A stretch of 59,679 nucleotides of DNA, taken from a virus (Duplodnaviria > Caudoviricetes). A program made the position numbers and the translations under genes. Location of the stretch: positions 1 through 59,679 of the IMG/VR virus record IMGVR_UViG_3300032231_000653; one strand, given 5' to 3'. Positions 57,078 through 59,679 of the stretch are shown piece after piece (the first letter of the stretch is position 1; each line of letters starts with the position of its first letter). The notes beneath the pieces are model-generated. The model saw nothing but the letters and a program-made list of their open reading frames with translations, made no database searches and was not told the DNA's origin.

Positions 57078-57401
57078 ATGATGAAATATTTTTGGGTAAT
57101 TGTGATCTTTGTAGTAACGGCAATAGGATTCTTAGGGAGTAAATATTATCAAGTGTATTGTGATACTGATGCGCTTATAAATAGAGCGCAAATCGCAGGA
57201 GATAGTGAAGATATGGCAGGATACCTAAAAAAAGTGAGCGAAAACCTTGCCAAGCACGGCATGGACAAAGGGCATACTGCTGTGATTTTTACTACTCCTG
57301 ACAATAGTCTGTCTCTGAATTTTAGAGCAGTATCTAAAATAATCGAGAGGCTTGATAGGCTAGGAAGTATTGACTTTATAGCGTCTGGGCTGGCCAGATA
57401 A
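57078..57401 (+). CDS. Hypothetical membrane-anchored protein
   Basis: AAGGAGG RBS; N-terminal TM segment. Confidence 0.6.
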   Translation: MMKYFWVIVIFVVTAIGFLGSKYYQVYCDTDALINRAQIAGDSEDMAGYLKKVSENLAKHGMDKGHTAVIFTTPDNSLSLNFRAVSKIIERLDRLGSIDFIASGLAR

Positions 57402-57729
57402 CTCTTGATCATATTCTTAAGGCGATGCACGTACTTTCGTGTTTTTATGTCGTATCGACTAGCGGGAATTTTAAGCATCATAGCGAGATAGGGAATGTCG
57501 GAGGTGACGTCTTTTGGACTTTTGGAAAGCCACTTAAAGAGCAGCCCGACAAGACGGTTAATTTCTTGTTTGGAATTTTTATGAAGAAATACAATGCAAA
57601 TAAGGGGGGACAAAATGCTAACAAAAACTGAATGGGCTAACATAGCCGTGTACGGTTCTATTGCTGCTCTTATGCTGTTAGTTTTGTGCATGCTTGGAAA
57701 GGTTATTATTTTCCAATAGGAGGGAAAAA

Positions 57730-58134
57730 ATGAGTAACGAGTGCTGCTTGTGGGGAGATGAGGCAGACTATGAACCTGTAGAACTTTTCAGTTCAAAACT
57801 AGTAAGGCCGAGAGCCGAGCGTAAATGCATTGAATGTGGAAAGGAAATTAAGAAAGGGGGATCGGCTATATATGACACAGGAAAGTATGGCGGCAAGTGG
57901 GAATCCTTCTATACATGCTTGCCATGCCAAGAAATAAAAGATAAGTTTTTTTGCAAAGTCGCCCCGTGGTATTCAAATATGTTTTCGGAAATTTCGTGTG
58001 AACTAGCCGATAACAAAAGCTGTATAGCCTCTTTAATTTTAGAGTTAACAGGTGCGGCAAAAGATAAATTATCCAGCGAGTTAGGGAATACCCAAAATAG
58101 CGGAGATACATATGAACGTATTAAGCGTATTTGA
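57730..58134 (+). CDS. Cys-rich hypothetical phage protein
   Basis: R.A...C.EC...I..G..........C..C pattern; AGGAGG RBS. Confidence 0.65.
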   Translation: MSNECCLWGDEADYEPVELFSSKLVRPRAERKCIECGKEIKKGGSAIYDTGKYGGKWESFYTCLPCQEIKDKFFCKVAPWYSNMFSEISCELADNKSCIASLILELTGAAKDKLSSELGNTQNSGDTYERIKRI

Positions 58135-59113
58135 TGGCATGTCTTGCGGGAGAATAGCTCTTGACAGGGCAGGAATTAAATACAGCAATTATTTTGCTTC
58201 TGAGATTGATAAATTCGCCTTAAAAATAGCAACAAAGAACTATCCTGACAATATCAATTTGGGGAATATTAAGAATGTTGATTATGCAACGCTTCCTAAA
58301 ATCGGGCTGCTTTTGGGAGGCTCCCCCTGTCAGAGCCTTGCAATAGCAAAAAGGCAAAAGGAGAGCGGGCTAAAGAAAGGAGAATCGGTTCTCTTTTGGG
58401 AATTTGTCGCAGCGCTGCGACAAATCAGGCCGAAATATTTTCTTTTTGAGAATGTAGCCAGTATGAAGAAAATAGACAAAGAGCAAATCACACAAGCTCT
58501 TGGCGTGGAGCCTATAATGATAAATTCGGCCTTAGTGTCTGCGCAACAACGAAAAAGATTTTATTGGACAAATATTCCAGGAGTTACACAGCCCGAAGAT
58601 AGAAATATTTATCTTAAAGATATCCTTGAAACCGGCTATACAGAAAGGCTAAAAAGTTACTGTGTGACAGCTACATATGCGAATACTGTCCCTGTAGATT
58701 ATTTTGATCGGAAGAATAGACAGCTTGTTTTTACTAAGCCTGTGAGGGTTGCAACTATAGGAAAGGGTGGAAGAGCACAGAGAGTTTACAGTATTGATGG
58801 TAAGAGTATAAGTATTTCTGCGAGCAATGGCGGGCTAGGTTCAAAAACAGGGTTATATGAAATAAGGCCATATGTTCGCAAACTAACACCTCTCGAATGT
58901 AAACGTCTTCAAACGCTTCCGTTTACAGGGAAAACATTTAAAGAACGTGGATACACAGAGGGTGTTAGCAATGCGCAGCGGTATAAAATGCTGGGCAAGG
59001 GCTGGACGGTCGACGTGATTGTTCATATTTTAAATGGCTTAAATGAAAGGCATCAAAAACGGAGACTAAAAGAAGGGAGAGAGCAATGTTCGGAAGAAAA
59101 AATAAGCGAATAA
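58112..59113 (+). CDS. C5-cytosine DNA methyltransferase
   Basis: FDGM..G, GGSPCQ, ENV, Q.R.R and R.LTP.EC.RLQ motifs. Confidence 0.92.
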   Translation: MNVLSVFDGMSCGRIALDRAGIKYSNYFASEIDKFALKIATKNYPDNINLGNIKNVDYATLPKIGLLLGGSPCQSLAIAKRQKESGLKKGESVLFWEFVAALRQIRPKYFLFENVASMKKIDKEQITQALGVEPIMINSALVSAQQRKRFYWTNIPGVTQPEDRNIYLKDILETGYTERLKSYCVTATYANTVPVDYFDRKNRQLVFTKPVRVATIGKGGRAQRVYSIDGKSISISASNGGLGSKTGLYEIRPYVRKLTPLECKRLQTLPFTGKTFKERGYTEGVSNAQRYKMLGKGWTVDVIVHILNGLNERHQKRRLKEGREQCSEEKISE

Positions 59114-59319
59114 AAGAATTACAGGAAATAATCGAAGACCTTAAAGACGAGAAAATGGAGGCTGACGATAAAATTGGGGAACTTAGGGCAGATAAGAATG
59201 ATTTGAGGGCAGAATACAAACAGCTAAAAAAGGAGTTTAACGAGGCGCTAAAAAAAGACATAGCGTTTATAAAGGCCATAGAAGCCTGGTGTGAGGGAGA
59301 AAGGACGGAGGTAATATGA
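59086..59319 (+). CDS. Small coiled-coil protein
   Basis: Heptad pattern; overlaps both neighbours. Confidence 0.6.
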   Translation: MFGRKNKRIKELQEIIEDLKDEKMEADDKIGELRADKNDLRAEYKQLKKEFNEALKKDIAFIKAIEAWCEGERTEVI

Positions 59320-59651
59320 AAACATCAGAACTTATTAAGGCAATGACCACAAACGGGCGACACGACAAACGTAAGGCTTTTTCGCTATACGAGATTGGGC
59401 GTGCCTCTGCATTTGAGCTTTCAAGAGCCAAATGGATAGGTATTATAAAAGGAGTATTCGATTTTGAGACTGCGAGTAGCAAATCCTGCGGCTTTTGTTT
59501 TGAAAATAGGCAATGTTGCGACACGTGCTTTCTCGACAATTCTTTAGTAGGCGGAGGCTGTGTTTATTTAGAACCCGAAAGGGCTGTAGATACATTGAAA
59601 AACATAGTGAAGCAATATAGAAAACATTTAAAAGAAAAGGGGATGAAATGA
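59316..59651 (+). CDS. Hypothetical Cys-rich protein
   Basis: GGAGG RBS; C..C.....C..C.L......C. Confidence 0.65.
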   Translation: MKTSELIKAMTTNGRHDKRKAFSLYEIGRASAFELSRAKWIGIIKGVFDFETASSKSCGFCFENRQCCDTCFLDNSLVGGGCVYLEPERAVDTLKNIVKQYRKHLKEKGMK

Positions 59652-59679
59652 CAGTAGGAGAGCTTAAAGAAGTTTTAGA

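Noticed and set aside
1-59679. Genome-wide stop-codon reassignment
   Set aside because: Long conserved genes are intact in code 11, and TAA, TAG and TGA all end genes at sensible positions; only one suspicious in-frame TGA was seen.

Overview
This window is a 59.7-kb, AT-rich segment of a large tailed dsDNA phage genome, almost all on the + strand. In order it contains: the end of a siphovirus-type tail module (tail assembly chaperone with a -1 frameshift, tape measure, Dit-like, BR0599-like hub, NlpC/P60, tail tip); small early-type genes including a GGDEF protein; a replication/recombination operon (SF2 helicase, DnaB, primase, UDG-PolA fusion, SSB, RecA, SbcCD, RuvC-like); a ParB plus DNA methyltransferase block; a sigma70-family factor; FGE/CLec proteins; terminase; a glycan-modification cluster with UDP-sulfoquinovose synthase; and a mosaic accessory region (DUF4942-type and C5 methyltransferases, HU). 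I saw no capsid, portal, catalytic integrase, reverse transcriptase, tRNA or CRISPR. The most unusual signals are four. (1) A ParB-methyltransferase is split at its conserved GDxWxLG/HxxxCGD junction, with half zinc-ribbons that could let one ParB dock two alternative MTases and a small decoy. (2) Eight sigma54-type promoters occur, including a duplicated bidirectional cassette with identical 244-bp spacing, helically phased GTAC boxes and 11-6-11 palindromes, alongside two catalytic-less tyrosine-recombinase core-binding proteins. (3) The phage carries sqdB within a glycosylation cluster. (4) There is an orphan DGR-like variable region and a candidate structured ncRNA. All product calls come from motif recognition by eye; no searches were run.
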